From a virus (taxonomy: Duplodnaviria; Caudoviricetes): a DNA stretch of 64,000 bases. The notes below the pieces were generated by a model, which did not search any database, had not been told where the DNA came from, and saw only the letters and a list, made by a program, of their open reading frames with translations. The position numbers were made by a program, and so were the translations under genes. Shown piece by piece: positions 24,531-34,415 of the stretch. The stretch's first letter is position 1. The number at the start of each line of letters is the position of its first letter. The DNA lies in the IMG/VR virus record IMGVR_UViG_3300027804_000071, positions 913-64,912 of that record; one strand, written 5' to 3'.

Positions 24531-24755
24531 ATGACTCCTGCACAAAAAGAGATCTTTATGATCATTGATGAATGGTGGAAGATGTATGGCTTTGGGCCGA
24601 CTGTGGACGATATTATGAGAATGACTGGTGAGAGAAGTCGGAGTAATACGGTTCGGAAGATGAAGGCGTTAGTTGCGATTGGGGTATGCAGAGCGACTCC
24701 GAAACGAGCGCGATCAATTCGGCCAGTGGGTATTCGTGTTCGGAGCGTTGAGTGA
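24531..24755 (+). CDS. LexA-like DNA-binding domain protein (no peptidase domain)
   Basis: MTPAQKEIFMIIDEWW..YGFGPTVDDI......S.....KMKAL...G...R.RSIR matches the LexA N-terminal wHTH. Confidence 0.7.
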   Translation: MTPAQKEIFMIIDEWWKMYGFGPTVDDIMRMTGERSRSNTVRKMKALVAIGVCRATPKRARSIRPVGIRVRSVE

Positions 24756-26248
24756 ACGATAAAGAAATTAACAAGATCATTGATAGTCTTCCAGAGGCGG
24801 ACAGAGCTGAGTTATTAACCATGGCTCAGGCTTATATGGAATCTGTGACCAGGGAGAAGGCAACAGTTAGTTTCATGGAGTTTGTTAAGGTCATGTGGCC
24901 TGGGTTCATTCATGGACGTCACCATGCTTTGATGGCAAAGAAGTTCGAGGATATAGCGAACGGCAAGATTAAAAGATTAATTATTAATATGCCGCCGCGA
25001 CATACGAAGTCAGAGTTTGCCAGTTATATGCTACCAGCTTGGTTTCTAGGCAGATACCCTAATAAGAAGATCATTCAGTGTTCGAATACAGCTGAGTTGG
25101 CTGTAGGCTTTGGTCGTAAAGTACGTAACTTAGTAGACGGAGAACAGTATGCAAAAGTCTTCCCCAATGTCCATCTTAGGTCTGACTCTAAGGCTGCTGG
25201 TCGCTGGAGTACTAATGGTAACGGGGAGTATTTTGCTATTGGTGTTGGCGGTACTGTTACGGGTAAAGGTGCGGATCTACTCATTATTGATGACCCACAT
25301 TCTGAACAAGAGGCAGCGTTAGCAGCTAGTAACCCTGAGGTGTACGACAAGGTTTATGAGTGGTATGGCTCTGGTCCGAGACAGCGTTTGCAGCCAGGCG
25401 GTGCGATTGTGATCGTTATGACCCGTTGGGGTAAACGCGATTTGACGGGTCGTATTTTGCAAAGCGCGGTTGAAAGGGATGGAGATGAATGGGACATTAT
25501 TGAATTACCAGCGATATTGCCGACTGAAAAGCCGTTATGGCCAGAGTTCTGGTCAATGGATGAGTTGGTCAAACTCAGAAATGAATTGCCCGTTTCTAAA
25601 TGGTCAGCCCAATACCAACAATCTCCTACATCTGAAGCGGGTGCAATTGTTAAACGAGAGTGGTGGCAAATGTGGGAACAGGAACAGCCGCCGCAATGCG
25701 AGTTCATCATCCAGTCATGGGATACAGCGTTTACTAAGAATGAACGGTCAGACTATTCTGCTTGTACGACATGGGGCGTCTTTTATAAAGACGAGAATCC
25801 TGATGATGCCAATGTGATTTTATTAGACGCTTTTAAGGAACGACTAGAGTTTCCAGAGCTAAAAGAGCGAGCTTTACAGTATTACAAGGAATGGGAACCT
25901 GATGCGTTCATTGTTGAGGCAAAAGCCTCTGGTGCGCCATTGATCTTTGAATTAAGAAGAATGGGTATTCCAGTACAAGAATTTACACCAACCCGTGGTA
26001 ATGATAAGATTTCGAGAGTAAACTCCGTATCAGACTTATTTGCATCTGGCAAGATATGGTGTCCACGTACTAGATGGGCGGAAGAGGTGATGGAAGAGAT
26101 GGCTGCTTTCCCTAATTCAGATCACGATGACTTGGTTGACTCATCAACACAAGCGCTGATTAGGTTTAGAAAAGGCGGTTTTTTAAGATTACAGACGGAT
26201 GAAGTAGACGATCCTGTTCACTTCAGACGCAAAGTTGCATATTACTAA
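24752..26248 (+). CDS. terL: Terminase large subunit
   Basis: INMPPRHTKS Walker A, LLIIDDP Walker B, SWDTA nuclease motif, HDDLVDS. Confidence 0.95.
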   Translation: MNDKEINKIIDSLPEADRAELLTMAQAYMESVTREKATVSFMEFVKVMWPGFIHGRHHALMAKKFEDIANGKIKRLIINMPPRHTKSEFASYMLPAWFLGRYPNKKIIQCSNTAELAVGFGRKVRNLVDGEQYAKVFPNVHLRSDSKAAGRWSTNGNGEYFAIGVGGTVTGKGADLLIIDDPHSEQEAALAASNPEVYDKVYEWYGSGPRQRLQPGGAIVIVMTRWGKRDLTGRILQSAVERDGDEWDIIELPAILPTEKPLWPEFWSMDELVKLRNELPVSKWSAQYQQSPTSEAGAIVKREWWQMWEQEQPPQCEFIIQSWDTAFTKNERSDYSACTTWGVFYKDENPDDANVILLDAFKERLEFPELKERALQYYKEWEPDAFIVEAKASGAPLIFELRRMGIPVQEFTPTRGNDKISRVNSVSDLFASGKIWCPRTRWAEEVMEEMAAFPNSDHDDLVDSSTQALIRFRKGGFLRLQTDEVDDPVHFRRKVAYY

Positions 26249-26256
26249 GGAAACAT

Positions 26257-28692
26257 ATGTCTATCGATAAAGGTTTATACGAGCTACCACAGGGTCTTGA
26301 GGCCATTAATGACCAAGAGCCAGCAATTGAGATTGAAATTGAAGATCCTGAGGCAGTAAATATTGCCATTGATGGTTTAGAGATTGAAATTCGTGATGAA
26401 GAAGCCGAGTTTGATAAGAACTTAGCGGAAGACATGAATGAACAAGCTCTACAATCATTAGCTAATGACTTAATTGGTGACGTAGAGTCAGACATTAGCG
26501 CTAGAAAAGACTGGATTCAGACATATGTTGACGGCTTAGAGCTGTTAGGTATGAAAATTGAAGAAAGAACCGACCCATGGGAAGGTGCTTGCGGTGTTTA
26601 CCACCCATTATTGAGCGAAGCCCTAGTTAAATTCCAAGCTGAGACTGTGATGGAGACTCTTCCAGCCAGCGGCCCAGTTAGAACTGTGATTATTGGCAAA
26701 GAAACCACAGAAAAATTAGATGCAGCCAAGCGAGTTCAGGCTGATATGAACTACCAGATCACAGATGTGATGCCAGAGTACCGCCCAGAACACGAAAGAA
26801 TGGTTTGGGGCTTGGGACTTTCAGGTAATGCGTTCAAAAAAGTGTATTACGACCCACACATGGAGCGTCAGGTCTCTATTTATGTGCCAGCTGAAGACAT
26901 TATTGTTCCTTATGGCGCATCAAACCTAGAAACAGCCGAGCGTGTTACCCATGTGATGCGTAAAACTGGCAATGAATTACGCCGTTTGCAAGTTGCTGGT
27001 TTTTACCGTGACGTAGAACTCGGCGATCCAGTCATGACGATGGATGAAGTAGAAAAAGAAATTGCTAAAAAGATGGGATTCCGTGCAACAACGGACGATC
27101 GCTTTAAATTATTAGAAATGCACGTTGACTTGGACTTGCCAGGCTATGAAGATGAAGAAGATGGCGAGCCAACAGGGATTGCTTTACCTTATGTAGTAAC
27201 AATTGAGAAGGGAACGCAAACTGTTCTCTCAATTCGCAGAAACTGGAACCCTGATGACTCCACCAAACAAAAGAGACAGCATTTTGTACATTATGGTTAC
27301 GTGCCTGGTTTTGGTTTTTATTGTTTCGGTCTTATTCATCTCATCGGCGCTTTTGCTAAGTCAGGCACCTCTATTATTCGCCAGCTTGTTGATGCTGGTA
27401 CTCTAAGTAACTTACCAGGCGGCTTTAAAACTCGTGGTATGCGAGTAAAAGGTGATGACACTCCGATTGCTCCAGGCGAATTCCGTGACGTAGACGTACC
27501 GTCAGGAACATTAAAAGACAACTTATTGCCGCTTCCATACAAAGAGCCATCACAAGTTCTATATAGCTTGATGAATACTATTGTGGATGAAGGCCGCCGT
27601 TTTGCCTCAGCTGCGGACTTGAAGATCAGCGATATGTCAGCCAACTCACCAGTTGGTACAACACTAGCTATTCTTGAGCGTACCTTAAAGGTAATGTCAG
27701 CTGTTCAAGCTCGTGTTCATTACTCAATGAAACAAGAGTTAAAGCTATTAAAAGGAATCATTCGTGACTACACACCAGAAGAATACAGCTATGAGCCAGA
27801 TGAAGGTTCAAGATTGGCAAAGCAATCTGATTACGACAATGTGGACGTTATCCCTGTGTCAGATCCTAATGCTGCAACAATGTCACAGAAGGTTGTCCAG
27901 TATCAAGCGGTTCTACAGTTAGCCCAGCAAGCCCCACAGCTATACGACATGGCTAAGTTGCACCGTCAAATGTTAGAAGTATTGGGTATAAAGAACGCTG
28001 AGAAGCTTGTTAAGTTAGAAGATGATAAGAAGCCAGAAGACCCAATTACTGAAAACATGAACGTTTTGAATATGAAGCCTATTAAAGCTTTTTACTATCA
28101 AGACCACGAAGCCCATATAAAAGTTCATATGAACGCCATGCAGGATCCAAAGCTTGCACAGATTGTCGGTCAAAACCCGAACGCACAGGCTATCCAAGCA
28201 GCTATGTTGGCCCATATTAACGAACACTTAGGCTTTGGATACAAGAAACAAATGGAACAGCTCATTGGTATGTCTTTACCGCAAGACGAAGACCAAGAAG
28301 GTATTCCAAAAGAAATGGAAGTCCAGATTTCTCAAATGGCAAGTCAGGCTTCCGACATGTTGTTGCAACGTAACCAAAATGAAATTGCAGCACAGCAAGC
28401 CCAGCAAGCAGCCCAAGACCCTGTTGTTCAAATGCAAATCAAAGAACAGCAATTGGAAGAGCAAGAACTTCAGCGCAAAGCCGCTAAAGATCAAGCCGAT
28501 GCTACTGTTAAGGCAGAACAACTCCAAGTGGAACGCGAGCGTATCGCCTCCCAGGAGCGTATTGCAGCCGAGCAATTGGCTGCTAAATTAGCCAAAGACC
28601 AAGAAGAGCTTAGTATCAAAAAACAAAGCGAAAACTTCAAAGTGGCTCAAGGGATTTTTAACGCAAGCAGACCTGTCAAAAAAGGTGAATGA
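26257..28692 (+). CDS. Portal protein (P22-like, long C-terminal barrel)
   Basis: 811 aa directly after terL; GNAFKKVYYD, YGYVPGFGFY, Q-rich coiled-coil C-terminus. Confidence 0.85.
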   Translation: MSIDKGLYELPQGLEAINDQEPAIEIEIEDPEAVNIAIDGLEIEIRDEEAEFDKNLAEDMNEQALQSLANDLIGDVESDISARKDWIQTYVDGLELLGMKIEERTDPWEGACGVYHPLLSEALVKFQAETVMETLPASGPVRTVIIGKETTEKLDAAKRVQADMNYQITDVMPEYRPEHERMVWGLGLSGNAFKKVYYDPHMERQVSIYVPAEDIIVPYGASNLETAERVTHVMRKTGNELRRLQVAGFYRDVELGDPVMTMDEVEKEIAKKMGFRATTDDRFKLLEMHVDLDLPGYEDEEDGEPTGIALPYVVTIEKGTQTVLSIRRNWNPDDSTKQKRQHFVHYGYVPGFGFYCFGLIHLIGAFAKSGTSIIRQLVDAGTLSNLPGGFKTRGMRVKGDDTPIAPGEFRDVDVPSGTLKDNLLPLPYKEPSQVLYSLMNTIVDEGRRFASAADLKISDMSANSPVGTTLAILERTLKVMSAVQARVHYSMKQELKLLKGIIRDYTPEEYSYEPDEGSRLAKQSDYDNVDVIPVSDPNAATMSQKVVQYQAVLQLAQQAPQLYDMAKLHRQMLEVLGIKNAEKLVKLEDDKKPEDPITENMNVLNMKPIKAFYYQDHEAHIKVHMNAMQDPKLAQIVGQNPNAQAIQAAMLAHINEHLGFGYKKQMEQLIGMSLPQDEDQEGIPKEMEVQISQMASQASDMLLQRNQNEIAAQQAQQAAQDPVVQMQIKEQQLEEQELQRKAAKDQADATVKAEQLQVERERIASQERIAAEQLAAKLAKDQEELSIKKQSENFKVAQGIFNASRPVKKGE

Positions 28693-28886
28693 TGATTGAT
28701 AAAAATCTTGACTACCTCTTAGATCAAAACAGAGACCGTATGGAGATGCTCAAACAAGCATTAACGTCTGGTAACTGTCAGACTTATGAGGAGTATAAGT
28801 ACACATGTGGCCAGCTACGAGGTCTCGAAGCTGCATGTTTAACCATAGTAGACCTCAAACATAGACTGGAGAACTCGGATGAGTGA
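28689..28886 (+). CDS. Conserved small head-module protein
   Basis: YEEYKYTCGQLRGLE pattern, between portal and GroES. Confidence 0.6.
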   Translation: MMIDKNLDYLLDQNRDRMEMLKQALTSGNCQTYEEYKYTCGQLRGLEAACLTIVDLKHRLENSDE

Positions 28887-29289
28887 AATCCTTATCGGCT
28901 CAAACCCCGATGATGTAAATGCAGTAACAACTCTGCCTCAAACAGCAGAAGAAAAAGCAAAGCAACTTCCTGAACCTGTTGGCTACCGCATCCTATGCGC
29001 TATTCCTGAGCAAGAAAAGGAATATGAAAGTGGCTTATTGAAGGCAGACTCAACAATGCACTATGAAGAAGTTCTTTCTACGGTGTTTTTTGTTGTAAAG
29101 CTGGGTCCTGACTGTTACACCGATAAAGCCCGTTTTCCTAATGGCCCATGGTGCAAAGTCGGTGATTTTATTCTGGCCAGACCAAACTCTGGTACACGTC
29201 TAAAGATTCACGGTCGTGAATTCCGTTTAATAAATGACGATTCTGTCGAGGGTATTGTAGAAGACCCACGCGGAATTACTCGTGTTTAG
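28879..29289 (+). CDS. GroES/Cpn10-like co-chaperonin
   Basis: PVGYRIL, VVKLGPDCY, CKVGDFIL and RLINDDSVEG motifs. Confidence 0.85.
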   Translation: MSEILIGSNPDDVNAVTTLPQTAEEKAKQLPEPVGYRILCAIPEQEKEYESGLLKADSTMHYEEVLSTVFFVVKLGPDCYTDKARFPNGPWCKVGDFILARPNSGTRLKIHGREFRLINDDSVEGIVEDPRGITRV

Positions 29290-29297
29290 GAGGACAT

Positions 29298-30269
29298 ATG
29301 CCACAATTTGAAGAAGAATTTAAGTTTCCAGACGAGATTGACAATAAGAAAGTAGAAGCATCTGCTGAAGATGAGATTGAAGTTGAGATTGTTGACGATA
29401 CCCCAGAGGAAGACCGTCAAAATGCAGCTCCAATGCCTAAGGATATTGTTGACGAGCTAGAGCAGGATGAGCTTGAAGAGTATTCTGAAAAAGCCAAGAT
29501 GCGCTTAAAACAGCTCAAAAAGGTCTGGAACGATGAGCGCCGTGCAAAAGAAGCAGCCTCAGCTGAACAAGCTGAAGCTATCCGTGTTGCACAGTTACTT
29601 ATAGAAGAGAACAAAAAGCTCAAAGGCCGCTTATCTGACGGTGAAAAGACCCTGGTCTCTAACCATAAAGAAAAGCTAGAACGTGAGTTGGCTGATGCCA
29701 AAAAAGAGTTTAAAGATGCTTATGACTCTGGCGATTCAGATCGCTTGGCTGATGCTCAAGAGAAGCTCACAGATGTTAAGTTCAAATCTGCTCAAGCAGA
29801 GGCTTATAAACCTGAGTACGAAAATACTTTACAAGAAGAAGAAATTGATGTACAAAGTCAGCAACCGCAACGTTTGGACCCAAAAACCCAAGCATGGCTG
29901 GACAAAAACAGCTGGTACGGTGTTGATCAAGATATGAGCTACCTAGCAATGGGTGTTCATAGAAGATTGCAAGTAGAAGGAGTGCCAGTAGGCTCTGACA
30001 ACTACTTCAATTCAATTGACGCAGAGATGCGTAGACGGTTCCCAGAGAAATTTGAGGACCAATCAGAGTCCAAAACCTCTGAAAACACAGTGTCCAAAAA
30101 CACTGCTAAGGTTAGTAAACCAAGCACTGTTGTTGCTCCAGCGACCAGAAGTACATCCCCAAAAAAGATTACTTTGACTCAAAGACAACTTAATTTGGCT
30201 AAGAAATTCAAACTTACCCCAGAGCAGTATGCTCGTGAACTAACTAAATTGGAGTCCCAAAATGGCTGA
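29298..30269 (+). CDS. Capsid scaffolding protein
   Basis: Acidic coiled coil with C-terminal LTQRQLNLAKKFKLTPEQYAREL helix motif; upstream of the capsid genes. Confidence 0.7.
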   Translation: MPQFEEEFKFPDEIDNKKVEASAEDEIEVEIVDDTPEEDRQNAAPMPKDIVDELEQDELEEYSEKAKMRLKQLKKVWNDERRAKEAASAEQAEAIRVAQLLIEENKKLKGRLSDGEKTLVSNHKEKLERELADAKKEFKDAYDSGDSDRLADAQEKLTDVKFKSAQAEAYKPEYENTLQEEEIDVQSQQPQRLDPKTQAWLDKNSWYGVDQDMSYLAMGVHRRLQVEGVPVGSDNYFNSIDAEMRRRFPEKFEDQSESKTSENTVSKNTAKVSKPSTVVAPATRSTSPKKITLTQRQLNLAKKFKLTPEQYARELTKLESQNG

Positions 30270-30717
30270 AAATTCAAGAACACCAAGAGAAGTGGCAACA
30301 AGAACTCAAGCAGAACGTCCTAAACAGTGGCAAGCGCCTGAGTTGTTACCTGAACCAGACAAACAGCCTGGCTTTTCTTATAGATGGATTCGTGTAGCTA
30401 CCAACGGTCAAGCTGACCCACGCAACTTATCTGCCAAAATCAGAGAAGGCTGGGAGCCAGTAAGAGTTGAAGAGCAACCGAAGTTTGGACTGTTAGTCGA
30501 TCCAGGTAGTCGTTTTAAAGACAATATCGAAATCGGCGGGTTGTTGTTATGCAAAACTCCAACAGAATTTACTCAACAGCGTAATGCACATTACCAGCAG
30601 TTGACTGATTCTCAGACGAGAGCTGTAGACAATAGCTTTATGCGCCAGAATGACCCAAGGATGCCACTCTTTAATGAGCGTAAATCTACGGTAAGTTTTG
30701 GAAAAGGTAATAGTTAA
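30262..30717 (+). CDS. Conserved head-module protein
   Basis: PGFSYRWIR...REGWEPV..GGLLLCK pattern. Confidence 0.6.
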   Translation: MAENSRTPREVATRTQAERPKQWQAPELLPEPDKQPGFSYRWIRVATNGQADPRNLSAKIREGWEPVRVEEQPKFGLLVDPGSRFKDNIEIGGLLLCKTPTEFTQQRNAHYQQLTDSQTRAVDNSFMRQNDPRMPLFNERKSTVSFGKGNS

Positions 30718-30742
30718 CTTTTTATTAATTAGGAGTATTTAA

Positions 30743-31369
30743 ATGGCTTATCCAACAGTAAGCGCTCCATACGGTTTTAGACCTGTTAATCGTCAAGATG
30801 GCATGCCATACGCTGGTGCGACTACCCAATACGGTATCAAATCAGTATCTACAGCTATCTATAACGGTGATCTAGTTTATGTTGCCGATGGTGTCGTTAA
30901 ATCAACAGTAACAACAACTTCAGTTTTAACAGTTGCTAACCAAGCAAACGTTACAGCTGGTGTATTTGTAGGCTGTCAGTATGTAAACACTCAAGGTCAG
31001 ACAGTTCAGTCACAGTATTACCCAGGTAACGCTGCTGCTTCTTCTGCTATCGCTTATGTGGTAGTTGACGAAAACGCTGCTTACAAAGTAGCTGTAACTA
31101 ACGGTTCAGGCGTGATGTCTTCAACAACATCAAAAGCTATTGGTGTTAACTTGGTTGTAGATCAGGAAACTGGCTCTGCAACTACTGGTAACTCTGGTAA
31201 CGGTGTTGTAGCTCCATCAGCTAACTTAGGTAACGCTTCTACATTGCCTGTTAAGGTAATTTCAGTTGTTCCTGAAACAGCTATTAACGCAACAAACTTC
31301 TGCGAAGTTATTGTTGTTTTGACTAACCCTCAGTTGACATCCGCTGCTGGCGGCGTTGACTTCGCATAA
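30743..31369 (+). CDS. Capsid-associated (decoration/cement) protein
   Basis: APYGFRPV...IYNGDLV..GVFVGCQY; immediately before the major capsid gene. Confidence 0.6.
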   Translation: MAYPTVSAPYGFRPVNRQDGMPYAGATTQYGIKSVSTAIYNGDLVYVADGVVKSTVTTTSVLTVANQANVTAGVFVGCQYVNTQGQTVQSQYYPGNAAASSAIAYVVVDENAAYKVAVTNGSGVMSSTTSKAIGVNLVVDQETGSATTGNSGNGVVAPSANLGNASTLPVKVISVVPETAINATNFCEVIVVLTNPQLTSAAGGVDFA

Positions 31370-31381
31370 GGAGCTACGTAA

Positions 31382-32293
31382 ATGGCTATTTCACGCGCCC
31401 AACTCTTAAAAGAGTTATTGCCTGGTTTGAACGCATTGTTTGGACTTGAGTATGCAACATACGGTGAAGAACACAAAGAGATCTTCGAAACTGAAGCATC
31501 TGAGCGTTCTTTTGAAGAAGAAACAAAGCTATCAGGTTTCTCAGCTGCACCTGTTAAAAACGAAGGTTCATCCATCGCTTATGACAACGGCCAAGAAGCT
31601 TGGACAGCACGCTATACACACGAAACTATTGCATTAGGTTTCAGCTTGACAGAAGAGGCAGTAGAAGACAACTTGTACGACTCTCTATCAGCTCGTTACA
31701 CTAAGGCTCTAGCTCGTGCTATGGCTTACACTAAGCAAGTAAAAGCTGCTAACGTGTTAAATAACGGCTTTACCGCTGGTTACACTGGTGGTGACGGAAA
31801 GACATTGTTTGCTACAGATCACCCGCTAGTTTCAGGTGGTGTTAACAGCAACACGCCAGCTACTCAAGCTGACTTGAACGAAACATCATTGGAAAATGCT
31901 GTTATTCAAATCGCTGCTTGGACAGACGAGCGTGGTCTTTTGATCGCTGCTAAACCTCGTAAATTGATTGTTCCACCATCATTACAGTTCGTTGCAACTC
32001 GTTTGCTTGAGACTGAATTGCGTGTTGGTACAGCCGATAACGACATCAACGCAATCAAAAACAACGGTTCTATCCCAGAAGGTTACGCAATTAACCACTT
32101 CTTGACAGATACGAACGGTTGGTATTTGACTACTGATGTACCTAACGGTATGAAGCACTTCGTACGTACAGCTATGTCTACTGGCATGGATGGCGATTTC
32201 GATACTGGTAACGTACGTTACAAGGCTCGTGAGCGTTATTCTTTCGGCTGGTCAGATCCATTGGGTATGTTCGGTTCACAAGGCGCTGCTTAA
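31382..32293 (+). CDS. Major capsid protein (Mu gpT-like, HK97 fold)
   Basis: ISRAQLLKELLPGLNALFGLEY...KARERYSFG; strongly biased codon use; followed by a terminator. Confidence 0.9.
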   Translation: MAISRAQLLKELLPGLNALFGLEYATYGEEHKEIFETEASERSFEEETKLSGFSAAPVKNEGSSIAYDNGQEAWTARYTHETIALGFSLTEEAVEDNLYDSLSARYTKALARAMAYTKQVKAANVLNNGFTAGYTGGDGKTLFATDHPLVSGGVNSNTPATQADLNETSLENAVIQIAAWTDERGLLIAAKPRKLIVPPSLQFVATRLLETELRVGTADNDINAIKNNGSIPEGYAINHFLTDTNGWYLTTDVPNGMKHFVRTAMSTGMDGDFDTGNVRYKARERYSFGWSDPLGMFGSQGAA

Positions 32294-32311
32294 TAGCTCG
32301 CACTTTGTGGT

Positions 32312-32340
32312 AAAAAGAGGGGTCTTCGGACCCCTTTTTT
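32312..32340 (+). terminator. Intrinsic terminator after the major capsid gene
   Basis: AGGGGTC-TTCG-GACCCCT plus T tract (cUUCGg loop). Confidence 0.9.
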
Positions 32341-32353
32341 AATGGAGAAAATA

Positions 32354-33037
32354 ATGAAAACTTATGCAAATGCATCACTTATCTCATCATTCTTAGCAGA
32401 AAAAGAACCATTTTTTAGCTATTACAAGGAAAACTTAGAAACTCTTAACAAGATTATTAATGACATAGGTGAGCCTTTAGAAGGCAATATCTTCTATGAA
32501 CACTTAGATCCACACAGATCTGCTCTGATTGAAAAATTCTTCCCTAAACGTGCAGCTTTGGCTATGTTTGCTATGGCACATGACAATATCGTTGAGATTG
32601 GGTTTAACTCAGGTTTTAGCGCATTATTAATGCTGACTGCTAACCCAGAGCTAAAGCTTACATGCGTGGATATTTGTGAACACAAGTACACAGAACCATG
32701 CTTTGAATATTTATCTTCAATGTTCCCAGGGCAAATTACCTTGGTAAAAGGAGATTCAACAAAGGTATTAGCAGATGTATTAAAGTCAGATAAAGACTTA
32801 ACTGGTTACATTATTGACGGCGGTCATGGCCTAGAAACAGCAGAGCAAGACCTAAGAAATGTGCTTTTACATGCTAATCCTAACGCTGTTTTATGCTTTG
32901 ATGACAGCGATTTTGTAGACCTTCGCATGATGTTGAATATGTACATGATGTCTGGTGACTTGTTGCCAATTTGTGATCCATATGGTCCAACACAAAATCA
33001 AACACAAATGTTCTTTAAATTAGTTGCACAATCTTAA
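32354..33037 (+). CDS. Class I SAM-dependent methyltransferase (Methyltransf_24-like)
   Basis: IVEIGFNSGFS, CVDICEH, KGDS, IIDGGH and FDD motifs. Confidence 0.8.
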   Translation: MKTYANASLISSFLAEKEPFFSYYKENLETLNKIINDIGEPLEGNIFYEHLDPHRSALIEKFFPKRAALAMFAMAHDNIVEIGFNSGFSALLMLTANPELKLTCVDICEHKYTEPCFEYLSSMFPGQITLVKGDSTKVLADVLKSDKDLTGYIIDGGHGLETAEQDLRNVLLHANPNAVLCFDDSDFVDLRMMLNMYMMSGDLLPICDPYGPTQNQTQMFFKLVAQS

Positions 33038-33113
33038 AATTAGAGTAAGATTACTGAAACTGGGAAAACCGCTTATTAGACTGCCCCAGCAGACGATATA
33101 CCGACTAATAAGC
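33024..33113 (+). promoter_or_regulatory. sigma70 promoter plus pseudoknotted 5' UTR
   Basis: TTGCAC, 16 bp, TAAGAT; GCTTATTAG/CTAATAAGC stem; CTGGG pairs with loop CCCAG. Confidence 0.55.
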
Positions 33114-33136
33114 TAACTTGTATATAAGGATCCAAA

Positions 33137-33595
33137 ATGGGAACAACCACATTCAGCGGCCCAGTCAAGGCTGGCAATATTTATAACACTACTGGTACAA
33201 CCGTTGGTACAAACGTTAAAAACGTTGGCTATGTACTAATGGCTCAATCAGCTATTATCGACATCATTGGCGCTTCAGCTAATACAACAGTTGCTGTTAT
33301 TCCAGCAAACTCACAGATCGTTGACGTTATTCTTAGCGTTGTTGAAGCAAATAACGATTCAAATGCAGCAGCTGTTACTGTTGGTATTACAGGCAACACA
33401 AACGCTTTCTTTCCATCTACAAGCGTTAAAACCGCAGCTTTAACAAACGCTTCTGTTTTGGAATCTAATGCAACTGACGTAGGCACTACAGACGTTCAAG
33501 TTAATGCATACTTTACAGCTACTGATGGTAACGGTACTACTGGTAATGCTACCGTGACTGTTATTTACTTACAAGCTAACAACTTAGTTGCTTAA
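33137..33595 (+). CDS. Virion structural protein (putative head decoration)
   Basis: MGTTTFSGPVKAG...IPANSQIVDV; T/A/V-rich. Confidence 0.6.
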   Translation: MGTTTFSGPVKAGNIYNTTGTTVGTNVKNVGYVLMAQSAIIDIIGASANTTVAVIPANSQIVDVILSVVEANNDSNAAAVTVGITGNTNAFFPSTSVKTAALTNASVLESNATDVGTTDVQVNAYFTATDGNGTTGNATVTVIYLQANNLVA

Positions 33596-33641
33596 TTAAT
33601 CTGGGGGTTCGCCCCCTGTTTAACCTTATTGGAGATTAATT

Positions 33642-33932
33642 ATGGGTATGCAATATGACGTAAAAGCAGCGCACGCAGATGCAAGCGCTAAAATTATTAC
33701 TGGACCAGTTAGAATTAAAGGGTACCAATTGGCACCTGGTGGAACTGCTGGCGAGATTCAATTTTGGGATACCTCTGCTAATTCCGCTACTGGTACAGAA
33801 CGTATAACATTAAATATCACTACAAATACCGCTGCTATTTCTACATTATTACCAGGCGAAGGTATTAGGTTTGATCTTGGTGTTTATGTAGTATTGCCAG
33901 CTAACGCATCGATTACAACGTTTTATGGCTAA
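33642..33932 (+). CDS. Conserved virion protein
   Basis: MQYDVKAAH...LPGEGIRF..GVYV pattern. Confidence 0.55.
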   Translation: MGMQYDVKAAHADASAKIITGPVRIKGYQLAPGGTAGEIQFWDTSANSATGTERITLNITTNTAAISTLLPGEGIRFDLGVYVVLPANASITTFYG

Positions 33933-34179
33933 GAAAACGCCTTCTCTTGCAGTAGGGCGTGGAGAAAAGCTCCCAGTGTCGAAAGGCGCTGGGCTTACCG
34001 CTAAAGGCCGTGCTAAGTACAACAAAGCTACTGGATCAAACTTGAAGGCTCCACAGCCAGAGGGTGGTCCACGTAAGAAGTCGTTCTGCGCACGTATGTC
34101 AGGCATGCCTGGTCCAATGAAAGACGAGAACGGTAAACCGACTCGTAAAGCAGCGAGTCTAAAACGATGGAAATGCTAG
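33925..34179 (+). CDS. Small basic conserved phage protein
   Basis: GLTAKGRAKYN..TGSNLKAP...RKKSFCARM. Confidence 0.65.
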   Translation: MAKKTPSLAVGRGEKLPVSKGAGLTAKGRAKYNKATGSNLKAPQPEGGPRKKSFCARMSGMPGPMKDENGKPTRKAASLKRWKC

Positions 34180-34415
34180 TCTGGAACTTAGTCCTGTCAA
34201 CCTTAATTGGTATGCTTGCTTTCTTTTTAAAAGAAAAGTCAATTGAGTTGAACCGTATTCAAATTTTATTAAATAGAACTCGTGAAGAAATTGCTAAGGA
34301 ATATGTGACCAAGGCTGATGTTCATAACGACATTAATCGAGTTTTAGATAGAATAGATCGTATGGAAGCTAAGTTAGACGACTTTATAAAAGGACAACGA
34401 AGTGCCATCAACTAG
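34167..34415 (+). CDS. Small membrane-anchored coiled-coil protein
   Basis: Hydrophobic N-terminus; REEIAKEYVTKAD...RMEAKLD. Confidence 0.6.
   Translation: MEMLVWNLVLSTLIGMLAFFLKEKSIELNRIQILLNRTREEIAKEYVTKADVHNDINRVLDRIDRMEAKLDDFIKGQRSAIN

Noticed and set aside
28879-29289. GroES without GroEL as a novelty
   Set aside because: Phage-encoded co-chaperonins for capsid folding are well known (T4 gp31).
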